A stretch of 64,000 bases of DNA from Geosiphon pyriformis uo1 (GCA_016748015.1 JAAOMT010000400.1:434001-498000); one strand, 5' to 3'. Shown: positions 40,301 to 53,972, counted from the stretch's first letter. Made by a program: numbers and translations. Notes: generated by a model from the letters alone, not told the origin.

Positions 40301-42523
40301 CAACTCATTTTCCAGAAAAATTTTCATCATCCCAGCCAGAAAATTGTTCACAAGACTAACACATAACCTAACCAGAAATTGTAAAAAATCCAGAGGAGAT
40401 CATCCCAAAACTTGTAAATCTAAGAATCTATGATTAAATAAGGATCCCAAAATACTATGGCTATTAGAGAATGAGATCAATAATGCCAGCTTTCCTTCAG
40501 ACTGTACTTTCTCAAAGGGCTTCAAACCATACAAAAAAAGATGATACAAGATCTCACTGGGAAAATTATATGGCAAACCAGCTTTGGCTTTAAAATCTTT
40601 TCTAATCATAATATCCCACTTACAACACACAGCTAAAGAAATAAAACTGAATTGTGTATAATAGCTAACTATGAGTTGTAAGACTGCTGACACCAAATAA
40701 CAGAATTGTTTGTTTGTAATAATTTTTTTTAATACCACATTAAAAAAAAACTTGACATTCACATGAGCTTGAGCCAAACTGGGTTTAGAAAGACTCTCAG
40801 TTGACAGAAATATGCCTAAATATTGGTGTGGCTCTCCCTTTTTAACAATTGAAATTGGCAATCCATTAATCAACAGTGAGACATTCTTAATCTCCTAATT
40901 GATTGGAATAGCTACCATTTTATCAATATTAATTAAGATGTCATTAATCACAAAAAATTTACTAACAATGTTCAAAATATACTGTGTAGATATATGATTA
41001 CTACCAATCTAAATTGTATCATCAACAAAGGCACTAGCAGCCAAGAAAGAAGTTTTTTTTTTACTTGTCTCAATCTTGCCAAACTTAGCCATGAACCTAA
41101 AATCAATCCTATATCTGCATAAGTGTTTATGTCTTTTTACCTCACACAGAAATGGGTTATAAAAGATCCTTCAAAGTAGTAGAAAGAAAACCTCCCTCTA
41201 ATTCAACCCATTATGTATCTTGTAACCTTCTGAGAGCCCAAAATCTATCATTACTCTGTTGATCCAGTTTTTATGGATGTTACCAAAAAATTGGATAAAG
41301 TGTTCACACATTTTAATGCAATACAAGCTTACTTGTAAATGATGTCAGCCTACTAAATCATAGGCTTTGTGCATGTTCTGTAGTATCAACCAAAGCTTTC
41401 TGTTTTTCTTCAGGGCATCTTCAACAACTGATCCAATAGTAAAAAATAAGAGACTGGGTGAAAGTACTCTTCAATACTGAAAAATTGTCACCATGAAGAA
41501 CATTAAACTTGCTATAAGCCAATGATATCCAATCAGATAGAATCTTAGATAGTATTTTACATGCAGTATTAACTAATGTGATAGGCTTAGTATTTGTTAA
41601 AACATCATTCCATTTGTAAGGTTTCAGAATCATAGAAACTCATGTTTTCTTCCAAAGATCAGAAACCACACCTTGACTTAAACACAAATTCAATAGCCTC
41701 AAAAGACAAGCCAAAGCCTTCTTACTACAATGCTTTTAAAGTTCATTAAGTATCTTTGACAACCCAGCTGCTTTATTATTTGACAGGTTATCAACAACCA
41801 AGAACAATTTATTCACACCAATTTCATCTGTTATACCAGAGAAAGCATCATTATCTACATAATCTAGAGGCATATATTGTCAAAACCAAAGGTCAGACAT
41901 TTTCGGGAGAATTAATTGCTTCTTTGTCCACTCTTCCATAATTTCATCAATCTTGAGCATCATCTTTATAGGCTCAACTACCAGCTCATTATTCATTACC
42001 AAGTGATCCAAAACTACTTTGTGAAATGGGCATTCCAGAATGCTCTTTATCATTCTCTCTTTGTCAAAACAAAAATTTTCCATATGGTAGTCAATAACCT
42101 TTCTTATAGCAGTATTTTTAGCAATCTTAGACTTACAATATTTGGACTTCCAATACTTTTTCTTTATCACTGACAAATGCTTAACCAGCTTTACTGAGCT
42201 CACACCAGTCAAAATCATGCTATCAATCTTGGAAGCTTTAATACTATCAATAGCCAACCAGATCTTAATAAAATGGTTGAAATTCAAAAGATCACCAGAA
42301 TTCCAACATTTCAAAACTTTTACAATAAGCAGTTCTAATTTAAAAAATCTCGAAAATTGTTTATTCTTTGAACAATTATATTTACTATACCAAATCTTAA
42401 AAAAAACTGTATTGACAGCTTGTACTATGGCCTCTTTCAGCATTTTTCACATTGTATTTAAGTCACTATTGTCTTCTGCCTCTTCAAATATATCTGATCT
42501 AGCCAACAACTCAGCAGACATAT

Positions 42524-43481
42524 TGTTACTTATAAAATATAGGAAGTATATTAGCATATAAATTAGCCAATTATAGGTAAACATAGTAAATGTGGAATTC
42601 CAGAATTCCTCTTAGAGGAATTGCAGGATTCCAGAAATTACAAGATTCTCATAGAAAGAATCGCAGGATTCCAGAATTCCAAAATTCCTCTCAAAAGAAT
42701 TGCAGAATTTTAGGATTCCTGACATGAAAAATTGAAAAATTGAGGAATCTCAAATATGTATATATAGCAGTAGTATCAAAAGTTAGAAAATTAGTTAATG
42801 AGACTCAGAGTTAATTGATTTGTAGAGTCAATTAGATTCATAGAATCAATTAGACTCACAAAATCATAATTATTAAAATTACAAAAAAAAAAGAATCTTT
42901 TAGTTAAAGACCTTCCAGTTTAGATTTCATCTAAACAACTTTTCAATCCACAAATATCAATAAATAATTATTTTTTATCTTAATTCTACTCTCCACTATC
43001 AACACTTTATGTTGATAGTAATTGATACTTAACCATACTGGAACAATAGCTCTTAATCATAGCTATTGACAGGATACTAATATTTATTGCCTTGGCTTAT
43101 CTTTTTTATTTTCTTTTATTTTCTGTTATTTCTTTGTTTTACTAATTACTTGAAGATTAAGCACTAAGTTATTGACATCATGAATAGTTTGGTAAAAGAC
43201 CCCAAAGGAAGGATATAGGAATTGAGAATTTAAGAATAGCTTACCAGAAGAGCATCTTTGCCAAAATTACCAGCCACTATACTAAGAAAAAAATTTGACA
43301 GAATTGCGATTCTGGAAGGCAACTGGAAAAACAATTGAATTTCTGTCTATTATACAAAGAACTCAATTCTAAAACCTTTAGATACAACTAATGTACCAAT
43401 ATTACCAGCATTATCAAGATATTGAGCACCAAGTTATGGATTTGTTATTTGATTTGAGACCCCAAATTATCATCTGTAACA
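42524..43481 (+). repeat. 5' LTR of E (CCAAT about 42567, TATA-like TATATATAG about 42759, AATAAA about 42959)
   Basis: TGTTACT...TGTAACA; near-identical to 44750-45717. The promoter motifs are positional inference. Confidence 0.92.
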
Positions 43482-43743
43482 TTTGGTGCTCTCTGTGAGA
43501 TATAATCTAACAAAAAACCAGCACCAACAACAACCATACAGGAAAGTGGCAAACCAAAAGAAAACAAAAGAAAATTATTTAGGATTCACGAAATTTTTAT
43601 TTTATCATTACCTTTAAAAAACTTGTTAAATTAAAACTCTAATTATTCAAAACCTAATTATTAAAACCCCGAACATTCAAAAATTATTGTTGATAAACTC
43701 GTTAAAAAAAAAAAAAAAAAAAAAAAAAACATAAAATAAAAAA

Positions 43744-43763
43744 NNNNNNNNNNNNNNNNNNNN
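43744..43763. other. Assembly gap
   Basis: 20 N flanked by poly(A). Confidence 0.99.
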
Positions 43764-43803
<40 letters not shown>

Positions 43804-44749
43804 GTTAAATTAAAACTTTGTTTATTCAAAACCCAATAATTTCAACCCTGCTATTATATAAAGAAACTTACCTTTGATAAAACTTATTAAAATCCTGACC
43901 TGATAGTTCAAAATCCGAACATTTAAAACCTAATAAATTTCAATCTCGCTAATGTAAAAAGAAACTTATCTTTGGTAAAACTCATTAAAAGTTAAAACTC
44001 CAAACATTTGAAATCCAATAAGTCCAACCTCACTATTGGACAAGAAAACTTATCTCAGATAAAACCTATTAAACCTCTAGAAATTCAAAACTCCAATTAT
44101 TTAAAGACCTGGTGGAAGAATTCCAGAAAAAACTATCCAGATTCATACTTACCTATGTGAAAACTGCCTTCTTCTATGCCAAAAGTCAGCATTGAGAAAG
44201 TGTCAATATGAAAAAGACTTAAAGAAGAAAAAGAAATTTGAGAATCAGCAGTACCAAAATTGATTAACATATTATCAAAACTCACCTGATGGTCTCAAGT
44301 TACAATCCACTTCCACACATCATATATTTGAACTCCAAGAAAGACAAACCAATCAGTGAGAATTGGAATCGGAACTTAATTCTGATTCAAACTCCACTGA
44401 TGATGACAACAATTCAAACTCTACTAAATAACAATGATAATTTAAACTCCGCCAATAATAATTCAAATTCCACTTCAAATACTGAACAATATATCATGCT
44501 TCTAAATCTTACAATAGAGCAGGAATTAACTAAATTCAGTGATAATAATAAGGGCATTATGTCTGAACATGCACATAATACAGATACAAGATTTGAACGT
44601 AGATATTTTAAACAGATCACTACAGTTAAAAACTCCAGTCATGTATAAAATTAGATTTACAAATAGCAATAGAAATTACCACAACAACATTGATACAAAA
44701 AAGAGATTTAGAAGATTTTATAGGAGCTCAATATTAAAAGAGAGAATAA

Positions 44750-45717
44750 TGTTACTCATAAAATATAGGAAGTATATTAGCATATAAATTAGCCAATCAT
44801 AAGTAGACATAGTAAATGTAGAATTCTAGGATTCTTCTTAGAGGAATTGCAGGATTCCAGAAATTACAAGATTCTCATAGAAAGAATTGCAGGATTCCAG
44901 AATTCCAAAATTCCTCTCAAAAGAATTGCAGAATTTCAGGATTTCTGATATGAAGAATTGAGGAATTGAGGAATCTCAAATATGTATATATAGCAGTAGT
45001 ATCAAAAGTTAGAAAATTAGTTAATGGGACTCAGAGTTAATTGATTTGTAGAGTTAATTAGACTCATAGAATCAATTAGACTCACAAAATCATAATTATT
45101 AAAATTACAAAAAAAAAAGAATCCTTTAGTTAAAAACCTTCCAGTTTAGATTTCATCTAAGCAACTTTTCAATCCACAAATATCAATAAATAATTATTTT
45201 TTATCTTAATTCCACTTTCCACTATCAACACTTTATGTTGATAGTAATTAATACTTAACCATACTGGAACAATAGCTCTTGATTATAGCTATTGACAAGA
45301 TACTAATATTCATTGTCTTGGCTTATCTCTTTTATTTTCTTTTATTTTCTGTTATTTCTTTGTTTTACTAATTACTTGAAAATTAAGCACTAAGTTATTG
45401 ACATCATGAATAGCCTGGTAAAAGACCCCAAAGGAAAGATATAGAAATTAAAAATTTAAGAATTTAAGGATAGCTTACCAGAAGAGCATCTCTGCCAAGA
45501 TTACCAGCCACTATTCTGAGAAAAAATTCGACAGAATTGCAATTCTGGGAGATGACTGAAAAGACAACCATTAAATTTCTGTCCATTATACAAAAAATTC
45601 AACTTTAAAATCTTCAGATACAACTAACGTACCAGTATTACCAGTATTATCAAGATATTGAGCACTAAGTTATGGATTTGTTATTTGATTTAAGACCCCA
45701 AATAATCATCTGTAACA
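44750..45717 (+). repeat. 3' LTR of E
   Basis: Preceded by PPT AAAAGAGAGAATAA; direct repeat of 42524-43481. Confidence 0.93.
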
Positions 45718-48700
45718 ATATGGTCTTTAAAGCTCAGTCATTGAACATTACTTACATCCTTTAAATTAAATTTCTACTGGTTTCTGTTGGTTTGCCTGCA
45801 AATACTAATAAGATGGACATCCAGTAGTCCACCCAGACCAATTGAAACTGAAACTAACTTATGATTTGTATTAAAAAACTCAGACATATCATTGACTTTA
45901 TATGATGCAATAGTGGATGCCAAATTTCTACTTATTAGAATAAAATCAATTACACTCTTAACACTACTAAAATTGTTCCAAATAGTAGCTTTGGCCAGTA
46001 AGTGTCCATCAAAAGTGTTAACTAGGCCCAACCCCAAACAGAACTTGAAACTTGCACTCTTCTGAGATCTATTTTCATAAAACTAAAATAAATAATAGTA
46101 TTAACTAACTTATTTGCAATTATATTATTCAAAATATTAAAATAATTTTTTATCTTAATTTACTTTATATTAATGTTTTTATTATGTACAAAATTACAAA
46201 TCTGTTTTTTTTTAATTTAATAATTATTATAAACATTAAACTTAAATAAATTAATTTTTAAAACACAAGTATTAAGTACTATCTAATTATTTAAATAAAT
46301 ATTAACTATATTAAATAAAAATGTATTTAAGAACCAGCAAAATAATTTGTAATTTAGTAAAAGTTAATAAAACCAAACTAAATACATATTAATATTTAAT
46401 TTAAGATTATCAAAAAACATAATAGTTCTATTTACAACTTTATAAAAACCCAAACTTTTTAATGAATTAATTATAAAAATATTTATAATTAACAGTTTTA
46501 TCTTAATTAAACACTTTTTAATAATTAGTAAATTATATAAAAAAAATATTCTAATAAATTAAGTTGTAAAAAAAAAACTCTATTTATATTACTATTAAAT
46601 TTGTTTTAAAAAAACTGAATTGCAATAATAAATTAATAAGATACTAAACTCTTAAGATCAAGTTTTTTTACTAACAAAAAGTTTTTTAATTAAAAATATT
46701 ACTATGATTGTTTATTAACTACTTACCAAAAGTTATATTAAACTTTTTAAAGACTTTATAATTTCAAAATATAATTTTGCATTCAAAATAATAAAAATAA
46801 AAATATAATCTATGCTTAAAAATACCAAAAAAACAAAACTAACCAAAAAAATATTACAGTTTAACAAAATTTTAACAATACTAATTAAAAAGTTATTTAC
46901 TAAACAAATATATAACTTAATAAAACACATCAAAAAGTTTATTAAAACTTAACCAAAAACCTAAAATCTGTAAATCTATAATAAAAAAACTAACCTATTA
47001 TATTTGAAACATTAAAAAAAACTAATATAGTAATTTTGTTTTTAGTTTAAATAATTTAAAACTATATAAAAATAAATAATATAAAGTTTTATTTGAAAAG
47101 TTTTTAAATAAATTTGTCTTAACTTTTAAACTTTTACATATTATTGTATTTTATTTTCTATATACACTTTTTAAAACAAAGCTAAACTGTAATTTATAAT
47201 TAATTATAAACTAAAAAACAGTAAAAACTAAATACAAAAACTGTTTATTAGAAACAGTTTTTCTTAAAACTATATTAATATAAAATTTAATATCAGTATA
47301 AGCTTTAAAAAAACTGGATTTAAAAAGTCTATCTATAAACAAAAAAATTACCAAATAATAATACAATTTATTTTTTTTGGTAATTGTAATAAAAAAGTTA
47401 CTAATAGATAAAAAAACAACAACAATATATTTATTTATTAGTATGATTACAGTTTTGTTAATATTAATAAAAATATTGTTAATCTTAAAAAATTTACTAG
47501 CCAAATTAAAAATATATTATATTATATTATAACTGTTTCTAATTTATATTATATTATTTATAAAAGTTTTAACTACTAAATATAATATAAACATAATTAA
47601 ATTCAATTTAATAATCAAAAAACTGTTTATATTTTTTTATTTTATATAAAAGATAATTATAAAAAATATGTTATGGAAAATTTTATTTTAATTCAGATTA
47701 TTATAAACTTAATAACCATTAATTAAATTAAAATTAGTTATAACATAATTTATCTTATTAATATAAATACTATTAAAAAATTTAATAAACTTAAAGCACA
47801 TTTTAATTTTTGTAAACTATTTATTAAATATATTTATTCAACAAAATTATATGCTTTTTTTATGTTTTATAGCACTAATTATATTTTATAATTTTTTTTA
47901 TGACATTTTTTATGACAAATTCAACAGTAAAAATTGGTAAAAAGATCAAAAACTGGGAAGTTGTTACTATAAAAAATACTAAACTTATTATATATTTTAG
48001 AAATCTAATTTAAAAGTAATTTTAACAAAATTTTACAAGTAGTTTTAATTAAGATATTTTTTTAATTATATAGTTTAAGTATTATTAAAACTTAAGCATA
48101 TTTTAATTAAATAGATACAAATTCTAAAATCAAATATAAATTCAATAATATCAAAAGTAAATTCCAAATGTTAATATTATAATATTGCTATAATTTATTT
48201 AAAATACCAAAAAGTTTAATTGTTTTGTTTTTAAAAAATAAATAAATTACTACAAAAAGTTTACTTATAAAAATTTAACTTAATATTTTTAAGAAAACAT
48301 CATTGTTCACAAAATTTAAAAAATATACTAATATTATTATATAATAAAAACTATGTTAGAAATAATATGTTTTTTAGTTTATCTTAATATAATTAAATTT
48401 ACAGATAATTTAATCTTATTAAAAACCAAAACAAATTTATTATTAATTATTAAATAATTTAATACTATTTTATAAAAAAAGTATTTTAAAATACTATATA
48501 TTATATAATTTTTATTATTAATAAAATTTTTTATTTATTAATTAATTATATTAATTCTAATTAATTTAATATTATAAAATTTTTAAAACTTTTTAATATA
48601 ATATTTTTTTTAATTTGCAAAAAGCCAAACTAATAGTATTAAAATTCAAATTATTTTATACAAGTCTTCAAATAACTTCAATTATATTAGAATTAAATTT

Positions 48701-49178
48701 CAATTATTTATATATAAATTTGATAAAATTTACAACTTTAATTAATAAAGTATATTTAAGTATCTTAGAAACTAAGAATTTTAAACCCAAAAAATAAAAA
48801 AAATAAAAGTTTTTAATATATAATATTTTATCTATTTACATTTTAAAAAATACTTACCTTATAGTAAAACATATAATATCTTTAATATATTTTTATATTA
48901 TATTTAAATTTTTTTTATACTTGTTTTTTCAAAATTATATTTAATAACATTTAATTTTTGTGAAATAATATTCTTAAATTTGATTTATTTTATATTATTT
49001 ATATATTTAAAATTAAATTTCTAATAGTTTTTATTGTTTTGTTTTCTTAAATTTTAAAATATAGTATTTAAAAATTTTTTTAGCTTTAATAAAATACAGA
49101 CAGCCTAATAATTTGTAGAAAAAAATTTCTGTATTTCAATATACTATAAATAATTATTATATTAATTAAAAAAAATAA

Positions 49179-51476
49179 TAATAATGAATAATCTCTCTTT
49201 GTCTTTTTAATTTTATGACCACGATCAAAGCAAAGAGTAAAAAAGCTGTACCTGATATCTGTTCTGAGATATCTAATAAAATTTCAATCAAAAAAGCTCT
49301 CTCTGTTATCAAAGCAACTAGGCAAAATGTTTTAAAAGTCTTTCCTTTACTCAGTAATTGTAATAAGCTGTCTTTGGTAGCCACTGAAGCAACTTCTTTA
49401 TTTTTGGCTAGTTTTTTATCAGTTAAAGTTCCCTCAAAAAAACACACTTGGATTAGTCTCAGTGTTGCCTCCATCCCAACTAAAACCCCAAAAGTTTTTA
49501 ATAATAGACCAATAAATAAGCTGGTTTTTCTCTCTATAGATTCAACACCTGATGCTATTAGCACCACTTTTTCAAAAAAAATGGTCAAAAAGACCAAAAG
49601 TTCAGAAAAATGAGGGCAGTCACTTGCCTCTGCTATTGTTACACCAAACCCATTTGTGGTTCCCAATGAAATCTTAAATGAAATTTCCATAGCATCATCT
49701 GACACATTATCCAAAATAAGCTTAGATCAATTACTAACTATGTTGCTAAATATGGTGTCTTCCAGTAGATCATTATCAGTTTTAGAAGCAAAACAATTTT
49801 TTTCTGTTGGGTTATCTGTTCTTAAGAACTGGGCTGATCAAATAGAAACTGAATTATCTTTTCCTTTAGTTTCTAGTGCTACTTTTGATAGTACTTGGGA
49901 AACTATTACTAGTCATCAAAGATTTGCTAAGTGAGTGGCCTCTACTCTGGTATCTGATGCTACTTTTAAGATCAAATTGGCTTATATTAAAGCTGTTTTT
50001 TAGTTAGTACATGGTTTTTTGGATGCAAAATCAGTATTAAAAGACAATATGAAGCTGTTTTGTGTAGAGTTTGCTTCTTAAGTGTCTTTAAAAGCTGTAT
50101 TTTTGGTTGAGTTTACAAGCTCTGTACATTTGGTCACCCTCAAAATTGCCAAGTCTTTGGTAATTTCTAAGTTTGGTTCCCCTTTTGCTGCTGTTGTGCT
50201 GTGTAATGTGCCCTTGAGTGTATCTGCTACTGATATTAAGACAGCTCTCAGTGTGTTTGGTAGTGTCACTCATATTGTGCTGAAGCCTGTTAGCATTTGG
50301 CAGTATATGGTGGTTTATTTTGAGAAGTTGGATTCTGTTGTATCTGCTTTGAATCATTGATCAGTCTTGGTAGGCAAGAATAGTATTAGAATTCTTCCTC
50401 TGGTGAATTAAAATGAAACTATTTTGTTTTGTGATAAGTTTAAAGCCAAGTTGGTTAATCTTCTTTCTGAATACACAGCTTTTGAGATTAGTAATATGAT
50501 TTCTCAAGTTGGTAGTTGAACATGTTTTATTCTTCATTTTCTTGAATCTGGTTGTCATTCCCAGTTTGTTCTGGTTACATTTGGTTCCCAAGCTGATTTG
50601 GACTTTGCTATTATCAAAACTGGTACACTGAGGAAATGCTATATTTGGTGGGAAACTTCTAGTTGTTGGTGTTGTTTCAAGTGTTAAGAGCTAGGCCATC
50701 TGGCTGTGGACTGTAAGGTTTTTTCGTCTCTTCCTCCCAAGTTTTCCAAGATGTTTATACCATGCTTTGTTGGTTCTAAGTCTTATACTAAGGCTTCTGC
50801 TCTCTTAAGCTCTTCTGAATTTTTATCTCTGTTACCTCTTGTCTTTTTTCTAATTGTTGTTGGTGATTTTTTGGTGCTGTTTCATTTGTTTTCTTTGAAA
50901 TCTGATTTAATTAAGCTTTTTGCTTTGGTTAAATCTATTGTTAAGCCTATTGGCTCTTTGGTTACAACTTTTGAACAGTTTATTAATAGTAATTTGGTTT
51001 CAAGTAGTGCTCTTGGTCTTAGAATCAATGAGGTTTTGGTGCATATGGGTTCTTTTAGTAGGACTGTTAGTAAGTTGGAGAAAGAAATAGTTTCTTTAAA
51101 AAAAAAATACTGCATAGAAGACATTGATATATTTGGTGATTCAGAGCTTCCACTTGTTGTGGATAATGAGATGTTTTCCAACTTAATGTTTTTTTGAGAG
51201 CATGAGTCTGTTAATGTTAAAACTGATCCCTTTAAAACTGCCGAGTGACTAGTTGGTTTGGTTTCTTACAATGCAACTTTGTTTTTTGTCATTCAAAAGA
51301 TGTTGTTTTTGGGTAAGTTTTTTTTTGTAGCATTAGCATAGTGTGTTCTTGACTGGTCCAAGTGACTGGTTACATGTAGAAAATACATGATTAGCACCTA
51401 GTTTAGATCACTTAGTTTGATGTATTGTTTTAGGTAACTTTTGGAGCTTATTTGTTAAACTTTAAAAAAAAAAAAA
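49179..51476 (+). mobile_element. ORF1-only non-autonomous LINE derivative (HAL1-like)
   Basis: Single ORF1-type frame, LINE-homologous 3' UTR 51342-51464, poly(A) 51465-51476, candidate TSD AAAAAAAATAA at 49168-78 and 51469-79. Confidence 0.82.
49215..51341 (+). pseudogene. LINE ORF1-like nucleic-acid-binding protein (RRM-like regions, CCHC knuckle, coiled coil), 708 aa with premature stops and no frameshift
   Basis: ORFs at 49215, 49656, 50082 and 50706 share one frame ending TAG at 51339-41; VVLCNVP...ALSVFG...WQYMVVYF parallels IVIKKIP...AVAEFG...WQKTVVEF; CFKC*ELGHLAVDC at about 50673-50714. Confidence 0.85.
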
Positions 51477-53972
51477 TAAAACCAAAATAAAATTAATAGT
51501 TTTTTTAACTCCATAAAAATAAATTCATGTAAAATTTTTAATATAAAAACTATTTATAAGTAAGTTAATTAAATCTAAATTTAAATATTTCTTGAAACTA
51601 ATATTGTATTTAATATTATTTTTATTAAATTTATTTACAATTTATAATTTAACACTAAAACAAAGCTTATTTTTTAATTTTTTATATTATTTAATAATAT
51701 TAATCTGTTTAATAGAAATATTTATGTTTTTAATATTACATATAACTATTTTTTATGTTAAGTTACTTATTAAAAATAAGAAAGTAAAGTCATATTATTA
51801 TTTAAATACAGAAATTTTATTTTTTTCAGAATTGTTTTAACAGATTTATTTAAGACCAATATATTGGTTTTAAAACAATTAATTTTAGATGTTAATATTT
51901 TTAAGCTATTTATAAATAATTTTAAAAAATTATTTATTATAACAGATATGATATTATAAATTAGTAGCTTGTTATTTATAATTATATCTAAATACAAATT
52001 GTTTACAGATAATAATAATTTAAAATTTCTATTATTTTGTAGATACATTTTTTTAGTAACTATTAATTAAGAAAAATAAAAAATAAAATTTAATTTACAT
52101 AATATTTTATTAATTTAATTAGCAAAAAGTACTAAAAAATATTTTAGAATATTTAAATAAGAGTTTAAAATAAAGTTATAATACTATTGTTTAAGATATT
52201 TAAGCCATTTACTGTTGTTAACTTATAAAAAAAAGCATAAAATAAAACAAAAATTCTACTATTAACTACTATTATCTAAAACTTATTATTAAAAAAAACT
52301 AAATACAAAACTAGATTCTGTTATTTTGTATATATATATGTAAAATATTATTAAACCAAAATAAAAAAAATTTTTTTTTATATGATTAAATATTTTGCTA
52401 TTAAGTGTATAACTGCTTAAAACATGACTAAATTGTTTATAAGTATTATACAAAAGTAATATTAAACTAATTTAATACAAACTTATATTTTTAAAAACCA
52501 AAATTAAGCAAATATTAATATTTTTAGCAAATACAAAATTAAAACAAATTACAATATAATATACTTTTTTGTATAAAACAATATTTTGAAAAATAATACA
52601 GGATTTTTTATCATATAATAACAAAAGCTTTAATAAATTATAAGCAGTAGTATCTATTAATAAAGTATATAAAAAAGTATAATAACAGTTTTTTATGTCT
52701 TATGTTTATTTATTATTATTGGTTTTAGTAATATATATTAAGCTTTTTTCCAGTAAAATTAATTATTTAATAGCAATCAAATTAGCAGCTTTAGTGTTTT
52801 TAAACTTAATTTACACTTTTTGTCAAAAACCAATAAGTTGTATTTTAATTAATTTTACTATACTAAATTTAATTAATATTAATTCTAATACTAATTTGAG
52901 AAAATTAATTAAGATTTTTTTAATAAATAATTTTTAATTTAATCTAGTATTAGTGTATTTAAAATTGGTATTTACTAAAATTTTTTTACTAATAGCTAAT
53001 TTTTTGGTCTAATTAAAACTAAATTTAAAAATAAATATTAACCAAATTATTTTATAAAATTTTAAGAAAGTAGAAGCTTTCCTAAAATTATCTATTTAAT
53101 AAATAAATTTTCTAAGTTTTTAACTTTTAAAGTCTTACTTATATTGTTTATTTTACTGCTTATTTTATTTTTTTAAAATTAACAAAAAATGTATTTATTA
53201 TTATTTAAAATATTAAAATTCAGAAATTTAACAAAAATATTAATTATAATAATGTTTAAACTAAACTTTTTGGTTTTTTTATTAATATTTTTATAGACAA
53301 ATATAGATAAATATTGATTTTTTTTAATACTAAAATAAAATTTTATACTAGTTTTCTTATTATTAACAATTTTAACTAAAAAAACTATTGGTTTTATAAC
53401 AATAAAAAAATTAATATTAACAAAAATACTTATAAAAATATGAAATAAAAAAGTTTATTATAGATTTTTTATTTTTGCTATAATAAAAAAATCTATAAAA
53501 AAAATTTTGGTATTATTTTATTATTTTTTATAAATTTATAATTACAATTAAAAAAACAAAAAAGTTATATATATTACTTTTTTTATAGTAATTAATAAAG
53601 TTTTAATAAAAAAAGTTTTTTCTGTTATAAAAGCAACTAAACAAAATATATTGAAAATATTTTTTTTAAATATTAATAGTATAAACTATTTTTAATGACT
53701 TTTAAAGTATTTTTTTTAATTGGTAATTTTTTTTAATCAAAATTTTTTTCAAAAAACATATTAAGATTAATTCTAATATTATTTTTACTTTTTTAAAAAA
53801 CACAAAGTTTTAATAACAGATTAGTTAACAAACTGGTTTTTTTGCTTTTATTATTATTATTATTTTTACTTTATAAATAACCAAAAAGATCAAAGATTTT
53901 AAAAAACAACAGTTATTTTTTATTATTATTATATTAAATTTTTTTGTAATTTTAAATAAAAAAAAAAAATTT

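Larger units (their letters stand above)
42524..45717 (+). mobile_element. Non-autonomous LTR element E (two ~960-bp LTRs, ~1.3-kb internal region)
   Basis: LTRs 42524-43481 and 44750-45717; TSD ATAT at 42520-23 and 45718-21; PBS 43482-43499; PPT 44736-44749. Confidence 0.93.
38507..46078 (-). mobile_element. LINE L1, 3' half (end of endonuclease, RT, RNaseH, zinc finger, 3' UTR, poly(A)); interrupted by element E
   Basis: ORFs 45774-46037, 41880-42443, 41421-41633, 40400-40873, 38906-39370 and 38641-38943 are homologous to ORF2 at 58536-63205; FVDDT at about 41014-41028; poly(T) at 38507-38515. Confidence 0.92.
46079..53880 (-). mobile_element. Very old LINE L0, 5' part (ORF1, endonuclease, RT, RNaseH), interrupted by the ORF1-only element; 5' end approximate
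   Basis: ORF 47211-47504 is an RT remnant (LRKTVSNKQFLYLV); 51770-52048 is the ORF1 C-terminus (NSLKILTSKI); DNFRKASTFLKF at about 53058-53093 corresponds to NSFGRATTPSKF. Confidence 0.78.

Noticed and set aside
49166-49714. 182-aa antisense ORF, and other antisense ORFs such as 58161-58625, 54147-54497 and 42142-42561
   Set aside because: Shadow frames opposite retroelement coding sequence with no independent motifs.
51592-52937. Hydrophobic I/L/F/N/K-rich + strand ORFs resembling membrane or mitochondrial proteins
   Set aside because: Artefact of extreme AT content; the minus strand is decayed LINE ORF1/endonuclease.
53955-53972. TSD for the rejoined L1 (A-run plus TTT versus about 38497-38506)
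   Set aside because: Low complexity; cannot be told from chance.
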